A stretch of 64,000 nt of DNA from Ginglymostoma cirratum. Taxonomy: Eukaryota. Shown one piece after another: positions 62,807-64,000 of this stretch. The notes beneath the pieces are model-generated. The model was not told the DNA's origin and made no database searches. It worked only from the letters and a program-made list of their open reading frames with translations. Made by a program: the position numbers and the translations under genes. Location of the stretch: assembly GCA_024137785.1 (NCBI GenBank), contig JAHRHZ010000082.1, positions 5,701,994-5,765,993 on the forward strand, written 5' to 3'. Every line of letters starts with the position of its first letter. The first letter of the stretch is position 1.

Positions 62807-63000
62807 CAAAACAAATAAAGATGTGGATGCTGGAGATCTGAATCAAAAACAGAAATTGCTGGAGAAACTCAGCATGCCTGGCAGAATCTATGGGCAGAAA
62901 GCAGAGTTACTGTTTCAAGGCGCTGGACTCGAGACGTTAACTCTGCTGATTTCCCACACAGGCTGCCAGACTTGCTGAGTTTCTACAGCAATTTCTGTTT
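62807..63000. mobile_element. Inverted pair of PLE family B terminal repeats inserted in CR1
   Basis: aaacagaaattgctggagaaactcagca ... tgctgagtttctacagcaatttctgttt; 13-bp TSD ATCTATCTACATC at 62794-62806 and 63001-63013. Confidence 0.85.
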
Positions 63001-64000
63001 ATCTATCTACATCACTGTTTCATATCCTTTAAAAATGTTGTAAACTGGTGCAAATATTTAATTTTTAAGTAACTCAAGAATTAAGCAGTAACTTAATATA
63101 ACATTGTGTAACATGCCCATGTGTATATCCCTGTACAACCATAATATATTGTAATCTCGGCAGCTTTTTCTCCTTCTGCTATTCCAAAGTAGTACAAACT
63201 CTATTGCTTCAGCAGAGCTATAAGGAAGCAGGCAACTTCAGCTCTTGGCTGCATTGCTCAGATGCTCTTGGCAGGTGTCCTTTGGGTTTTAAAGCCCATG
63301 AGGGCTCTGTCAAAGATTGTTCCATACCTCCATCTGTGTAGTGGTAGACTGATTCATTCGGATTCGGATACCAACGAGCACACGCGGCACTAATTGGAAG
63401 CACTTTAAGTGGAGTCTCAAATGCATGTCATCTCTCATGGTCCACCTGACTTCCCTGCTAGAAATCAGCTTTTAGAGAATTTTGCTCCATCAGTGAAACA
63501 CTGAAGAATCGAGAGGATTTTATTAATTGTGTTTCATAAAATTGCAAACCATTAGTGAGGCCCTGCATACACGAATCAGACTATTTCGTTTGATGCTCCA
63601 TGCAGGTAGGTGGTCACTCTTTTCATGGCCAAAAATATCATTACAAAGACCTACAAGGTCATGACACATGCTCATATCTGTTGAAATTTTTCTTCAGAGT
63701 TAGGATTAACTTGTGTATCATCAATCATGTTGTAGTTACATGACATGGTTATTATATTGGTTTAAGCCTTCATCCAGTTGAGGTTGAAGAGTTTACCATC
63801 AGTGTATTATTACCACACTTTTGGAACCTGTCAGTTGTTAGGCTGAAGCACTGCTTTAAGAAAGATTTTTCTCCAGCTGCCGTAACATGACAACTGGAGG
63901 GCTACCTCTACCTATTATTGTGTGCTCTCTTCAACAATAATGAGGGCAAGAAGACACATATAGGTAACAGTAATGGAATGTCAAACAGAGGGATGAACAA

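Noticed and set aside
750-63000. CRISPR-like or other prokaryotic system suggested by the recurring repeats
   Set aside because: The repeats are dispersed retroelement ends without regular spacers, and the DNA is vertebrate with spliceosomal introns
63218-63403. ORF as a possible TBC1D16 last exon
   Set aside because: No resemblance to a TBC-domain protein C-terminus

Overview
Vertebrate genomic DNA, not prokaryotic. The repeat families (CR1/L2-clade LINEs, Deu-domain SINE, Penelope-like pLTRs) point to a cartilaginous fish, probably a shark; this assignment is an inference. There is a 400-N assembly gap at 350-749. The only clearly supported gene is a complete 5-exon cbx4 (Polycomb PRC1 chromobox 4 / Pc2) on the minus strand. 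Its CDS is 30082-30150, 29927-29970, 29530-29595, 27083-27149 and 24763-26151, totalling 1635 nt and 544 aa, with all GT-AG junctions in frame. By eye it sits in a roughly 30-kb CpG-retaining, LINE-poor domain (about 13.5-43.3 kb) containing several enhancer-like motif clusters. The flanks hold decayed CR1-type LINEs, a PIF/Harbinger transposase fossil and SINEs. The most striking non-genic signal is about 20 short Penelope-like-element (PLE) terminal fragments from at least three families. They carry minimal hammerhead-ribozyme motifs (CUGANGA-stem II-GAAACGUH), often form inverted pairs flanked by 11-15 bp target-site duplications, often start just 5' of the ribozyme core, and in places stack at one target site. 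CBX4 itself has an old internal duplication of the YQLNSKKxHxYxP motif. The repeat-poor, AT-rich 56-62 kb stretch may be the long 3' UTR of an upstream minus-strand gene (TBC1D16 by human synteny; unverified). Most short ORFs in the supplied track are spurious. Repeat boundaries are approximate and no database searches were run.
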